The notes below the pieces were generated by a model, which was given only the letters and a program-made list of their open reading frames with translations, did not search any database and was not told the DNA's origin. Below, in pieces: positions 38,920 to 51,710 of a DNA stretch of 64,000 nt. The stretch is from Raillietiella orientalis (Eukaryota). Made by a program: the position numbers and the translations under genes. Within the stretch, counting starts at the first letter, position 1; the number at the start of each line of letters is the position of its first letter. Where the stretch lies: the NCBI GenBank assembly GCA_036172245.1, contig JAYWIR010000044.1, positions 1,364,001-1,428,000 of the forward strand, written 5' to 3'.

Positions 38920-39460
38920 TTCACCCAGTGACGCCGGGAAGTCCATTGAAAAATGAAGGATGCACCAAAAGTCGGAGGGGGACTATGTACCTTGAATACC
39001 AGAGATGCTCCCCCCCCAAAATACATGACAGATGACCACTGGCCAGCTTCTATGAAAGTATGGAACGGAAGGAGGGGACAATAAATAAATTTTAAAAAAA
39101 AAGGGAAGGATAAGGACAGTCCTTGGTTTCATTCACTCCTTTCTTTCTAGAATGGTCTGTGCGTGATGCCGACCTCACTTATGACCTCTGCTGGCTAATA
39201 TGGACACCTTGCCTTCAAGGAGATGGCTGCCATACTGGTGACCTCCTTCGCTGCTAACCGGACTCCAACATGCGGCAGACTGTCACCATGGTGCGGATGC
39301 ACCATCTCGCTGCGATCACGGCGCCCGTCTTCAGCACGCCTCGAATGAGCGGCAGCAAGCCGAAAGCTGAAGCAAGGGGCCTGCGGTCGAGGGTGCCCCG
39401 AAGCAAGCCGCTGCGACTACTCCGCGAGGGCACTGAGCACATACACTCTTTTCCTCAGAT
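38920..39460 (-). mobile_element. Family A 3' copy
   Basis: 'MAAISLKARCPY..AEVISEVGI' C-terminus, UTR similar to 27200-27260, degenerate terminal motif 38920-38947. Confidence 0.7.
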
Positions 39461-39639
39461 CCGAAAAGCGGTTTATTAAAACCAACATCTGCGCACATGC
39501 ACTCGCTTTTCCAGTCCCTCGAGAGTTGGGCAAATTTAGTTTTGTATTCATACCACAAAACGCGTTCACTCCAACAGGGGGCACAGATTCACTAAATGTT
39601 TCCTCTGTTGGATGTTCACTTCACTGCGTTACTTACATT

Positions 39640-40440
39640 AAGGTTTTGCACTGATCATTGCTTGCACTAGGGGGACTGAGAGTTAAATGTACCTGGGGAA
39701 TGTCCTCAATCCTTTTCAGGATGTAGAAGTTCCACCAGACCTGCACTCGTCCACAATTCCGGATACCAAACTCCTTTTGGATAGTCCCTTTCAGAATTTC
39801 CAAGGGAGATACGGCTGCCCTGGCTGTCATCTTCCACCATCTCATAAGGATGGCGGTGATGAGCACAACAATGGCCATCCTTACCATCGGATTGCAGCAA
39901 ACGAGGCTTCCGTTCACTGGAACATCCCGGCCAGGACTTCCTTCCTCGAGCTGTTTGGCAGCCCTATCACCCTTTGCAGAATTTGCAGGTCTCGATGCAT
40001 CGTGGGACATGTCAAGACATGAAGTCTCGTGTCCACGTCACCACATGCCCTGCAATCCTCATCTGCTTGGTTGCCCGTGAGGTATTTCATCCTGGACCCA
40101 CTCCAGATTCCAACGTAGTAAAACATTAGGAGGTCTCCCTGGTTGTCCAGCTATAATCTGCTCACATGCACTTGCCAAACTGCGGCCGGAGAGTGCATAT
40201 CGTTGGTCCTGCAAGGTGGCTCTTTTATAGCACTTGGAAAAGAGAAATTTTCGAGGAATTGCTAGGGCTGTTATATGTCTATTTCCCTCAGGAGCATACA
40301 TTTAGAGCTGAGATAGTTGGACTCAAGGTACAAAGGATAAAGAGGCATAAGAGGAATACGCATAAGATCGAGAAGGTGCTAATAAGTTATGGATCCACAA
40401 GATACAATGCAGACACACCATTAGCAAGATCTTCACATCA
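39640..40440 (-). mobile_element. L1/Tx1-like ORF2 C-terminus of a third lineage
   Basis: ORF 39914-40126 'DEDCRACGDVDTRLHVLTC'. Confidence 0.6.
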
Positions 40441-40449
40441 CATCCGCGA

Positions 40450-40620
40450 TGGTGAACCCTCCTGGCTTGCCCCTGCGGTTATGGTACAGGTCTCAATAAG
40501 ATTCGTCTGTACCAGGACGGAGTGTGTCATGTCCTTCTCCACAAGAAAAGGTCTGTTAAACCATCGAACCTGGAAATGCGGACGGAAAACTACATTCTGC
40601 TTCCGAAGGGAGCACAGTCT
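40450..40620 (+). mobile_element. N-terminal zinc finger of an R2/NeSL-type element
   Basis: 'FVCTRTECVMSFSTRKGLLNHRTWKC'. Confidence 0.55.
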
Positions 40621-41660
40621 CTGAAGGAGGCCCATCTATGTAAGTACCTGGAGAAGAAATTCGAAGAGACTACACAAGAACTAGCATAGAAGCCAGAAGA
40701 TCAGAGGGAGGAAAACAAGCCAGAAGGAATATTACCCGAGGTGCCCCCACTAGAGGAAGAAGGAGGTTTCCTTGGCAATTTAGATTCAATTATAGGCCCT
40801 CTAAACGAAGACCAATCGAAAAAAGACACAGAATAGGAGCAATGACAACCTGTTCTCATCGACTATGGTATGACTCTTCTCTTCTTCTAGGCCAGCATCC
40901 CCCAGCTCCAGTCGCTCAGAAGAGTGAGCAGGAACAGCCATTTTAAGACGGAAACAAGAAGAAAGCGATGCAAGAGATATAGAACCAAAGGACTTCAAGG
41001 GAGTTCTTCGGGAGCGCATCGCACAGGTCGCTTCACGGAAGAAATCCTTTTTCCCGGGAAAGGAAAGTGGAGCCTTCCTCCACTTCGCCCATCTTGCAGT
41101 CATCGAGGAGTTCCCGGACTCCTGCAATTTTGTCTATCCTGCTTATTCGAAGGGAAGGTCATCTGGCTTAGTAGGGAACACCCGGGATCCGAACAGTCCA
41201 CGCGGTGCCCCTGGAGCTTGCATTCCAGGAGAGCGTGGACTGCGGGACTGAGGGACTCTGGCGCCGAGGATCGCAGGTGCAGAAGGTACGTCGGGTGGTC
41301 CCATCCTCAGCCACCGCAAGAGTAACTGCAGTCTCACATCCTGCAGACACGACGACTTTCCGGTGCATGTCGAGGGGAACATGTCTTGTCGGTGGCTACC
41401 TGCAACCAAACCGAAGCTCCCACGAAACCCGGTGAGCCGAAACGACTTCCAGGAGGGCAGCCACCCTCACACGTAAGTCATTCTATCGGGTACACGTCTC
41501 CAGCCTCCCTCTTCGCGAAAGGCCGCCAGAGACGTGGAGACGTGAAGATGCTCGAAGAGTCGGGCAAACATCGAAGACCCACTTTGAACCACCCCGCCAG
41601 CGGAGTGCCTGTAGGGCTGCAATCACAAAAGCCCAACGAGCACCAGCGTCTGAACCGGTA

Positions 41661-42110
41661 CCTGATCTCCCTCTTGCACCTGTCGTGGGATGGCGGATCC
41701 CACCGACTGCTGAACGCAGGAGGCCACGACGACCTCGCACCCAGACGGACGTTAGTGAGCGCCCGCAGCATGCAGATCTCCGTGGTGACGGCGGGCGCCC
41801 CACCGCAGTGCCGGAGTTCTCGCCTCTCAGCTGGCGAGTCGGTTGCGAGCGCTCTCTATAGGCGCGCGCCGGAAGCCTCCGCCCGCAATGAAGGATGAAG
41901 GGGGCGCCGCCGCATACTCAGGGGCGCGGCTGCCAGTCTCTGGATGGAAGCAGGGAGTCGCAGAGAGCTGTACAGAGACGAAGAGAACCGACGGATGGCG
42001 GGAACTTGGGGGAGATCTCTGCTTCCCGGCGTGCGGCCGACTCGGCTCCTCCGTATTCTGGGCTCGCTCGGATCCCCTACTCCAGGCCCAAATCCAAGGC
42101 AACCGATAGA
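41661..42110 (-). repeat. Inverted repeat 2, left arm (RLE-type RT/thumb piece)
   Basis: Reverse complement of 44573-45022 (sum 86683); ORFs 41843-42109+ and 44418-44840- nearly identical; 'QRLAAAPLS' resembles the R2-type APLKP thumb motif. Confidence 0.9.
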
Positions 42111-44519
42111 AAATCCCCTCCTCGTTCGCACACACTCTCCATCCGCATAGACCGGAATGAGAAGGAAAAAAAAACTTCAAGGAAGACGTAAGGATTTCAG
42201 CTCCCAGAATTCGTAAGGTGGGCTTCCCGATCACCTCCAGAGCTGTGGTAAGGGGAACCTTGGAACATCCACAGGCACGAATTTCATTTTGGTATACGCG
42301 GTGGAGCAGCAGTTTACGAGAGCTGAGGTTCCGGAAAATTTTTCTGGGTTTTCCTAATCAATCCTAATCAAGCCGCTGCTGCCGTCAGAGATGCCGATCC
42401 CATCGTGGAGTCGCGGGAGGAACGGGAAGACAGCAAGTGAGCTTCCTGCAGGACTAAAGAGGGGGAGCAAACTGCCGCCCCTCAGAGAGCTTCGTGATCG
42501 GAGTCTCGTCATTTTGATGCGCCGGATGCTGGATGAAACCTTCGCGAGCTCCATCTTATCAGCTTGCAGAGAAACTTCAAGCCTTTCGCATTCACCGGCA
42601 ATCTCTTCGTAGTTCAGGCCTTGGTAGAACCCAATTCCCAGTGGTCTCTGTGTCTGGGTCAAAGATATCGGTCAAGGATGGTGATCAGGGGTGACCCGAT
42701 CTATCCAGAGAGATCGCGGATCTTGATCTGTTGACATACGGACAAGAGCGGATCAGCATACCTGACTCGGGGAACGCCTGAAAATCAGGATGGCCTCACA
42801 GAGAGATCCGTGGTGTCAGTGTTAAGAATTCCCGGCCGTCCACAAGAGAAGGCATGAAGTCCCCTGAAGCAAACACCCGACTGAGGCCGGACGCCCACGT
42901 GGCTGTTCCCGAAGTGTCGCCTTCGTTCGGAGTCTTCCGCGCAAGTCGGAAACGGGGAAAGGAGCAGAACACGACCGTCTCCAAGAGCGACGTAGTCACG
43001 GTAAGCTCTATCATGTCCGGTCCGCTAGTTAACGACTGTCACGAAGGCAGCCGGCCTCGGAGTCCCAGCTGTCGAAGCCTGGTCCATCTCTAGAGACACC
43101 TACAGAGAGCATGGCATCAAGCTCCCCAGCCAGACTTCCACCCCAAAGGTAAGTTCAAAGGTCAAGCGTCCCTATCTGAGCTGGTCTCATGCAGATGAAC
43201 GCCAGAAGAGGGACCGTCTAGTACATACCCAGAGAAGATCAGTTCACTACCTGACTTTTCCGGGGGAAGAGTCCACCAATTTCCTTACCCTCTCCTTCTT
43301 GCATTGCTTGAGTCTTCCGTTTCGACGAAGGAACCGCGTATTCCAGAGGAGCCGCGGCTAAGTGGAAGCCCGCTGGGAGCTCTGACAAGATGCGCTGATG
43401 GAAGTCACGTATCTCACAGATGCAGGCCTCAGAGGTCGACCGGCCGGAGAAATTGGCGGTCGCAACATCCGTTCTTCGGCAAGAACTCCCCAGTGCTCGA
43501 GGAGAGGGAGCTGAGGGCTCTTCTAAGCGACCGTGGGAAGCTGCTGCTGCTTGTGAGGGATCACGTAGAGCGGTGATGCCATTCATCTTCCCCAAATCAG
43601 GAGTGCAATTTTTCCGGCAACTATTCATTTTTTTTTTCCGCCGAGTGTCTGAAGAGTAACGGTCAATACTTGGAATCCTGAACCACGGAGAAGGGTCCAT
43701 CCGCCACGTGACTTGGAGATGAGCGTGTTTGGGATGCTGACACGCTCCATCTCAGTCGGCAGAGATCAAAGGGATGCAAGAGTTTTGGAGAGCAGCGTGA
43801 GGAATCGTCGATGATTCTTCAGCATGACATCGCAGCCACATTTTTGCTGTGATCCACAGAAAAGGAGTCGAATTTCTCTTCCTCCATCAAGCCTCCGTGT
43901 CTCTCCTAGTCGACACGCGAAGCACAGCTTCAGAAAGCGAGAGCGTTGCTTGCTCGTGAGGAAGCTGATGGACCTCGGGTTGATCAGCTGGTCTTCGTCG
44001 GCTGACCGAGTTACCTCCCTCCTGTTTCCTGCTCTTCTTCCTGCTGAAGTTGCAAGCTACAACCACACAAGGTTCCTGCTAGTCACCACCATCCTCTCTC
44101 TTCTCTCTCTCCTCATCATATCTCTCGTCCAGGGTCTTCTTTCTTGCATCGGAAGCTGGGACGAGCAGAGAAGGCCACTCTGGAGCCGGCACGTCATCCC
44201 AGCTCTAGAGAGCACTGCAACGTGAGCTCGTGGCAGGCAAATTCGTGAACGCGTGGGAAGAGCTGTCTGCTGGCACCGGACAGGAAACCAAAGTCCATCT
44301 TCCCGGATGAGAGCAGGGGATGCTGGCAAGGAAGAACGTGTGGGCGGCGGCATGGATGCTTGGAAATCGGACCGGATGTGATTGTGCGTGCGGATGCTCA
44401 CGCAGTGGTCTCCCGCTCTACCCACGCTGCTGACGACGGCGTTTTCCCCCTCTCGAGCGGCAGCTCCCTCGGGAACTCGCAGAAACTTTCCAGCAACGGT
44501 CAACTCTAGGGCTAATCGC

Positions 44520-45610
44520 AAGGCTCTCGGGAATTAGAATGCAAAAATTTGTTAGCGGCAGAGCGGGAACGTTCGATCGGTTGCCTTGAATTCGGATCTG
44601 GAGTAGGGGATCCGAGCGAGCCCAGAATACGGAGGAGCCGAGTCGGCCGCACGCCGGGAAGCAGAGATCTCCCCCAAGTTCCCGCCATCCGTCGGTTCTC
44701 TTCGTCTCTGCACAGCTCTCTGCGACTCCCCGCTTCCGCCCAGAGACTGGCAGCCGCGCCCCTGAGTATGCGGCGGCGCCCCCTTCATCCTTCATTGCGG
44801 GCGGAGGCTTCCGGCGCGCGCCTATAGAGAGCGCTCGCAACCGACTCGCCAGCTGAGAGGCGAGAACTCCGGCACTGCGGTGGGGCGCCCGCCGTCACCA
44901 CGGAGATCTGCATGCTGCGGGCGCTCACTAACGTCCGTCTGGGTGCGAGGTCGTCGTGGTCTCCTGCGTGCAGCAGTCGGTGGGATCCGCCATCCCACGA
45001 CAGGTGCAAGAGGGAGATCAGGACCTCGCGTCTCGCCTTCCCCGAGACTCTCTCTCGGGGTGCTGATGCCCGTGGGGCAGTGGTCGCCGCAGCTCTAAAG
45101 GCACTCCGCTGGCGAGAAGGCGCAAGGCAGATTCCCCACGCTAACAGGGCATCTCACGCTGATAGGGCCGCTGCGCATCTCGCTATGGGGCAGATGACGT
45201 CCACTTTGTCCACTAGTTCCTACCCTTTCTCTTAAGGTATCGAACAATGCCGGAAGTCGACTCGCATCGGTGGAAAGCGCGAGTGAGGTGCCATGGAAGA
45301 TATGAAGGTTGATCGAAGGCTTGATGCAGCATTCACTCCGAGCAGGGGGAGCGATGCGATCTTCCGAAGAGTGCTGGCTCCTGAGACAGAGTCAGAAAGC
45401 GCTCGTGCGGAGCGAGAAGTGTGCCTTCTTTTGCTGGCGCCCGCTGCAAGGAAGCTCTGTTCCTCTTGATGACTTCACACCTGTCAGTAGAAAGATAGGC
45501 ACAGCGAGGACCCCAATTCCCCTTGACCAGTGCACGAGGGACATGGGGGAACAACACCCTTGGCATTGGGTACGAACGTCATTCTTTAGAGGGTACTTGG
45601 AACCATAGAG
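44520..45610 (+). mobile_element. R2/NeSL-like RLE element relic containing the IR2 right arm
   Basis: Thumb-like 'RLAAAPLS', 'GGIRHP' (GGLGIP-like), knuckle remnants ~45200-45270, terminal 'SARGTWG'. Confidence 0.5.
44573..45022 (+). repeat. Inverted repeat 2, right arm
   Basis: Reverse complement of 41661-42110. Confidence 0.9.
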
Positions 45611-46084
45611 GGTAGTTCTCTCTTATGGAGTTAGTTCCATCTCTCTTTTCTTCCTCATATCACTCTTCTAGACGTGTCCCTTCTTCCAGAAAACGGTCTT
45701 TCTGTGCCGACAGCAGCAGTCAGCTGAAGTTACTCCTAAAAGCTTCAATTTCCACCAAGACGAATCATTCTCATCTGCCGGTTCACTGACTTCTAGATCA
45801 CATCCCTGAAATCTCGAAGCAACTAATGACCGTGTCATCTAATGGCCAGGGTTCTTCGATGGAGTTTCTTTGCAAAATGCAATCGCTAGGGGCGCTACGC
45901 CTTTTTCCTATTAGAAAAAATGCACTGCACCTCCCATGAACTCGAGAGACCTTGTTCCCTCTATTAGCCAAATGAGTACGGTCAATGCGAGTACACTGAT
46001 TTCCTTTGCTTCCTTTGCGCCTCTTCTGAGGAGTTTCATTAGCTATAGTTCATTCACTTCTGTGCTGGCTTTGCATCGGCTCTG

Positions 46085-46205
46085 AAAGTTAGGTTAGGTT
46101 TGATAGGTCCTGTTGAGTTGGTTGTGTTGGATGGCTCAGACTGGGTAGGGTAGCTTATATTTAGTAGACTAAGGTAAGTAGAGTGGGTTTCGTTAAGTAG
46201 GATAG
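46085..46205 (-). repeat. Degenerate (TTAGG)n/(CCTAA)n-like tail
   Basis: gttaggttaggtttgatagg...gggtagggtag...taaggtaagtag; lies 3' of the minus-strand element at 46205-46830. Confidence 0.7.
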
Positions 46206-46830
46206 GAGGAAGGCATTTTCTCGGCCCGGTGCATTCTTCTCACGTGCGGTGCCAGCGGCCGATATCCTGGTTGAATTCCGAGAGGGATTTTCTGAAGCCC
46301 CTGCGGCGTGCGCGGAATGCGCCGTCGACCAATTAAAGGCTCTTCAGGAAAGTCGGTGCTCAAAGATCCTTCACTTGGAGTTTGCGACGCGGCCCAGCTG
46401 CCTCCAGTTTGAGGCCGTCGAAGTCGACCCGCAACCTGAAGCCTGGCAGCACAAAGAGAAGGTGGTGACCCTCGCCGAACAGAGACGGTTCTTGCATGTG
46501 GACCGGTGCCTGTTTGCCGTGCTGTTGGCAGCTGTCTTGGGGGATGACTTCGACATTCCACCCTCAGAAGTCTTCATCTGGGAAGCTCCGTGCTCCAGCC
46601 AGGTGGCGGCACGGAGGGGCATTGCTCTTTTCTCACTGGGACTGTCTGCGAGCACCAGCTCCGAGAATGCTGCAGGACGAAGAGCGCCTCCCGGACGACG
46701 CCAGGTCTGCAGGATTGTGGGAGCTTCCCTTCGCCTTTCCACCTTTCGGGGGGCTGGAAACGCCTCGCGGCTGGTCTCTGACCGATGCCGGCACCTGCAG
46801 GACGTTTGCAGACAAAGGCGCAGCTTAGTC
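46205..46830 (-). mobile_element. RLE-type element 3' portion (same family as 36700-37600)
   Basis: 'SCRCRHRSET', 'GGSWAASQTPSEGSL'; clear nucleotide homology to 37320-37590. Confidence 0.65.
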
Positions 46831-47399
46831 GCTGCGATTATAACTCGCATATTTAGAATTCCAAGAATTATTTGTCACTCCAAAGAATACTGAGAACGCT
46901 TCTTGTTTCTGATGCCTGAAATAGGGACGCTTTCAAGGCTAGAGAGGAGCGATGAACAGATGGATTTCAGTGCGACTTTACCTCCACTATGTGAGAACGC
47001 CTCCGAAAAGAAGGTATTTGTCACCATCAGACCATTGTCATCAATTGGTACCCTTGATCGATCTTGAGAACGAGGTTCTCCAACATGCAACCCATGAAGG
47101 AAGAGCTCAGAAAGCAGCCTACACGCACTTTGCATCTGCTGACCATAGATGTATCGAGAAGGCTGATGGAAATGATAGTGGTAAATCGTTTTTTTCCGAA
47201 TTTCGGATGGATCTACACTGCTCTTCGAACGTAGAAAGCCGTAAGAGCCCAAGAGCGTTTTTGCAACAGCTCACCGAGATAAATGGACTCTTATCAACCT
47301 GTTCCTTGTTGCTGTGAGCTTTCAAAGATTCCCCAGATTTTGAAGGAAAGGGGAAATCAGTTTTTCAACGTATAGTCCTTCATGTGAACTCCACCTCTG

Positions 47400-47800
47400 A
47401 ATCTTCCTCATCAGCTGCTGAGATTGGAACATGTCCTCATGCATCTCGAAGATTCCAGACGCATGAAGCTATGTTTAAGGAGAATCATCAAAGAAATCCA
47501 TGCCAAAGGGCAACCCTAAGATCAACATTTGCCATAGTTACCGTCTTCAGCACTATCCGGTCCTGGAGCAGCGTTGGGCGATGAGAACGTGGAGCTGACC
47601 GTGAGCAACTCTTTTGGGATGTTTTCGTTCCAACACTTTACTCTCCACTCGCATGCTCGCGTCCCAGATCCTGGAACGGCTGACGGTCGATGAGAGTTGT
47701 CCCACATTGTCCCACATTTCAAGTGCCCTGAGAGTAAATCTTCCTTTGACCTCTTCGGCGCAGCGCAACGGTCGCGTCTCATGACAGCTGCCACCGTCAG
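47400..47800 (-). mobile_element. Non-LTR pre-RT region fragment
   Basis: ORF 47522-47803 'PNAAPGPD'. Confidence 0.45.
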
Positions 47801-48678
47801 CAAACTGCTTGAGGTCCCGAATGGTCAGTCATAAAAAAAAAAAATTGTCTCTATAGCTCAGCCGGCTCTGTGGTACTTAGAGAATGGTCAGTCTGGGATT
47901 TTGGCGCACCGGATGCTCCATCAGAGCCTTGGAATTTGGAAAATCTTGTCGCGCCAGAAGCTCGGACTTGGTTCAAAATTCCAAACGATCAAAATCCCGA
48001 AAAGATCTAAAAATAAATACATAAGTTTATTGAACATATCCACATATAAATTCATGTGTGGATTCACATAAATATGTGTGCTTAGGATGAAACCGTTCCA
48101 AGCGCGCGATTCCACCCCGGGGTCCTGCTCTCCAGCCTCAAACAGCGGGATCTTCAAGAGGTGGGAAGGCGCGGATCTTGCGCTCCGCTTTCAGGAAAAG
48201 GCAAAGCGGCAGGAAGGAGGAACAGGACGGGGAGCGAAGTCCGCCTTCCGACGGAGTCCGGAAGCTCCGAAGGAGAACGCACGAAGAGTTATGGATGGCT
48301 CCGGGTTCCGAAGCAGGAAGCATGAAGTCCACAGACCGAGATGCAGGCTGGAAATTGGGCGATGAAAATGGCAGTTTCCGAGGAATAATTTTTTTTTTCC
48401 CTGTCTCCGAGATTCGGAGAGGAGGCAGTTTAGGGAAGACGATACGTTCGATCATCTTGAGCCGCGGACTGCCTGAGAGATGGCCTGCTTTTTCTGCCGA
48501 CCTCCAAGCAGAATTACAAGAACTAACGCGGTCTGATCCCACTCGTGGCGATCCTGCAACCGATTTATTTTCCCTGTGGTCAGCCTTCCTCTCTAGCGGG
48601 GAGTTAGACTGCCACTTCACCGCCGATTTTCATGGACGAGGAATGTCCACTGCAAGGATCCGGATGTGCTCCTATTTG

Positions 48679-49200
48679 TTCTGACACTCGGTTGCCACGG
48701 GGCATTTATTTATATAAAAAATAAACCTACAGGTCAGTAGCAGGACGTCTGATCTTGCCACGTTGCCTATAAATACGAGAAGGAACCTGCCGAGAACTGG
48801 CATGCAGGCCAGCGTGGTCGCCTCGGCAGCAGAGGAGGAGAAACAACAAAGAAAAATAAAACAAAAAATGTATAAACAAAAAAATTGGGAGGGTTCGGGA
48901 AGGGATCACCGTGTGCTGGAGGGCGTTCTCTGCATCCTTGTAAGGATACCGGCAAGTTCCTGTTTCAGGACTCCCAGAGTCATCCTCATGGAGAGGACAG
49001 CAAAATAGATGGCCTCCCTGTCGTACTGACCTCCTCTGGAGTTGCTCCATGCACCCACGATCCCATCGCGTGGGCAGCAAAGTGCTGTTAGGGATGCGGT
49101 TGGCGTGAGAGCGACTCTCTGGAAGAGGCGACTTAGAATGTCTGGAGATTCCACAGGACGCGGCAAAACGATTTGTTGAAGCGCCACGCGCGCAAGCGCC
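48679..49200 (-). mobile_element. Family A 3' copy
   Basis: ORF 48906-49187 'TALCC..GIVGAWS...KQELAGILTRMQR'; terminal motif 48679-48710. Confidence 0.8.
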
Positions 49201-49549
49201 GAAATCGCGGTCGCTCCCCTTGGATGAGCCGCCGGCTTTTCTCGGACCGCATTTCGGGAGAAGGTGGGACTCCTGCTTTTCTACCGGGAGCGCTGCTGGG
49301 CTAAGCGCTTCGTCTCCGTTATTCAGCTTTAATTTTTGTTTTTTTCATTTTCTTCTTTCTTAATGGCTCAACCTTATCATACCGTCACATCCAACCATTT
49401 GTTCAAAATAAATAAATAAATAAGGATACAGTCAAGGAGGGTCAGACCTACGTCTGACCCTTTTCGTGCTGCTCGCAGAGAAAGGGTCGAAACGTTACTG
49501 AGGACTTGGCTGCGAAGGGTGGAAAGAAGCTGTCAGTGATAAAATGAGT

Positions 49550-51330
49550 AAACATCACCACGATGGACAGGTTCCACTGCGGTGATCGTGTCTCTCGGTT
49601 ACCTGGGAGAGCAATCGCCGCTGACCACCCAGTTTGTCCACAGCCTCGTCGAGGCTTCCTTTGGTTCCATCTTCCAGTTTAAGCTGCCACTGGTGCACCC
49701 TTTTCCATTCCTGCTACTGCCACCGCCACAGGTAGCAGGGAGTGGCCAAGGTGGATGGGCACCTCGCCTCCTGCCTGCGCAGTGCCCTGCAAGCCCTCGG
49801 TCCAGCCTGCTGCACCCTCGGAACCTTGGATTCGCCATTTTTCCTTTCGGAGAGGAGCTTTCGATAGGTGAAACTCCTGTGTACCTCCCCTTCGTAGGTT
49901 CCCTTCGGCGCAGGTGCGCAATAGAGGACCAGCGTGGCAGAACTTAACGGTGGAGGGCTCTGAGAAAGAAGGGGTCTGAACTTTAGTGCAGGGAGTCCGA
50001 GGGGGAGTTGCGGCAGCTTTGACACCACTCACCTCCTCGGACGAGGTTTGCACCGACATCCACAACGGATGAGAACCCAACCATCTGTTTCCAGCCCGCT
50101 AGTCCTGGTAGCGGCGAACTGCTTGGGCGACATCGGTATCGCGGAAGCGCGCCCGTGACTGCCTTCCGAGGGCTGGGAGGGCTCCTGACACGTTCCTCGA
50201 TGGCGAGTTCGTCTTCCCGGTACTCTTCGTCATCGGGAACACCTTCGCCACCTCTTATTCTCACCTTTCGCTTTCTGCCTTTCTGTCTCCTCCATTCTGG
50301 TTTTCTTTTTTTTTGGGGGGGGGGGTTCGTTTGCCTGGGGGCTCACGAACTCTTCAAGTTCGAAAAAGACCATTCTATGGGTTCAGGAAGACTCAGGAAG
50401 AAAGGGTACATTCCCAGTACGCTTGGCAGGGATATCTGAAGGAAACCTCTTCCTTATTTTCTCCGGAGGACTTCCCTGGAGGAGGCCACTCCTTGTTTCT
50501 TCTCTGAAGAGAACCCGGAAGGATCCGCTCCTGGAATTTTTTCTTCAGAGAGAGCCAGCAAACAAACCATTTCTCTGAAGAGAAGCTTGAAGAGACTCCC
50601 AATTTTTCAGAATGGTCGCTCCCTGAAGAGAGCAGCGCGTCTCTTTGCACACTGGAAAGGTACCGCTAATCCATCAGCTCCATAGTGGAGTCTCCTTGGC
50701 ACAGCCGGAGGAGAAACCCTGAAGGAAACCGGGCTCCTCGATTCCTGGAAGGATCCCAGAGGGTCAATCACCAAATCCCAGACACTCAACGAGGCATCCC
50801 CGGTTTTCGGCTTACACCTGTGTCGCACCCAAAACCGGTCAGCGTCATCTTGCGGAGGGAACTCGAAAAACAAGACGCACGCCTTTCTCGACGTCGATTC
50901 TCCGACGGAGATTCGAACCCATGACGCTTGGCGCCATGAGCTGAGACCTCGTTCACAAGACCGCCGCCAATGCGGGCCCGATTCTGAAGAGATCCGGGCG
51001 CACTGTTTCCTGAGGAAGGCATTGTGGGGCGCTGAAAGATCGCGGATCCGCCTTCAACACTTTGTGGTGCTGCGCTAGAATGCTGGCTTGGACGTTCTGA
51101 CCGTGGACAACATCGGAGCCGCAAGTGCACTTCCGACAAGTAGTGCTCTGTGCCAAACTGTGTGCTACCTCTTGGTGCGCTCCTGAACGTCGTCTCAACC
51201 TTCGGCGATGAGTCAACACAGAAGGAACGCTCCAGTTGCTAATGCGCTTCCGTTACGAGATGTGAAGATTTGTTTTCCCGCTAAGACAACTGGTCTCGCT
51301 TCTGGAAAGCTTCCCAGTGGATCTTTGCCT
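49550..51330 (-). mobile_element. Family B copy: ORF2 remnants, spacer, then ORF1-like region
   Basis: 'VSAHGAKRHGFES...RKMTLTG', 'IDPLGSFQE', spacer 50270-50770, then 'KLPQLPLGLP...' and 'NPRFRGC...AGHC'. Confidence 0.7.
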
Positions 51331-51710
51331 AACTGCTTCGAGTTGCTGGAACTGCGCTGCCCTTCTCGAAACGAAAGACAGAGGCTGTCTTTCGGTTCGA
51401 GCAGCGCTCTCTTACTTGGAGAATACCTCCAAGGAGTTGCTGAGATGACAGACTTTCGGCAAGCGCTGTGGCCGCAACGAGATGCCGTATCCGCTCCACG
51501 GTCACAACTCGTCGTGTGCTGCAGCCTCGGGCACACGGGCACATGAGAACGACTGCGAGGTGATCTTACCCGGAGAAAGTGGAGCCAGAGACGGCCGGTA
51601 TTCTACGCAAGCTCTGGAAAGAAACGGTCGGCTGCTACCACAGACATCTGTTGTTTTCTGTTTATTTGTCTCCCTCTTCCTGACACTTCAGACTTCTCCA
51701 GTAACTCTAT

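Noticed and set aside
45228..45974. TCTCTTAAGGTA (45228-45239) and TAGCCAAATG (45965-45974) match the two halves of the R2 28S target and bracket an RLE 3' fragment
   Set aside because: The matches are only 10-12 nt with no further rDNA similarity, and the first appears to lie inside continuous knuckle-coding sequence of the element; probably coincidence.
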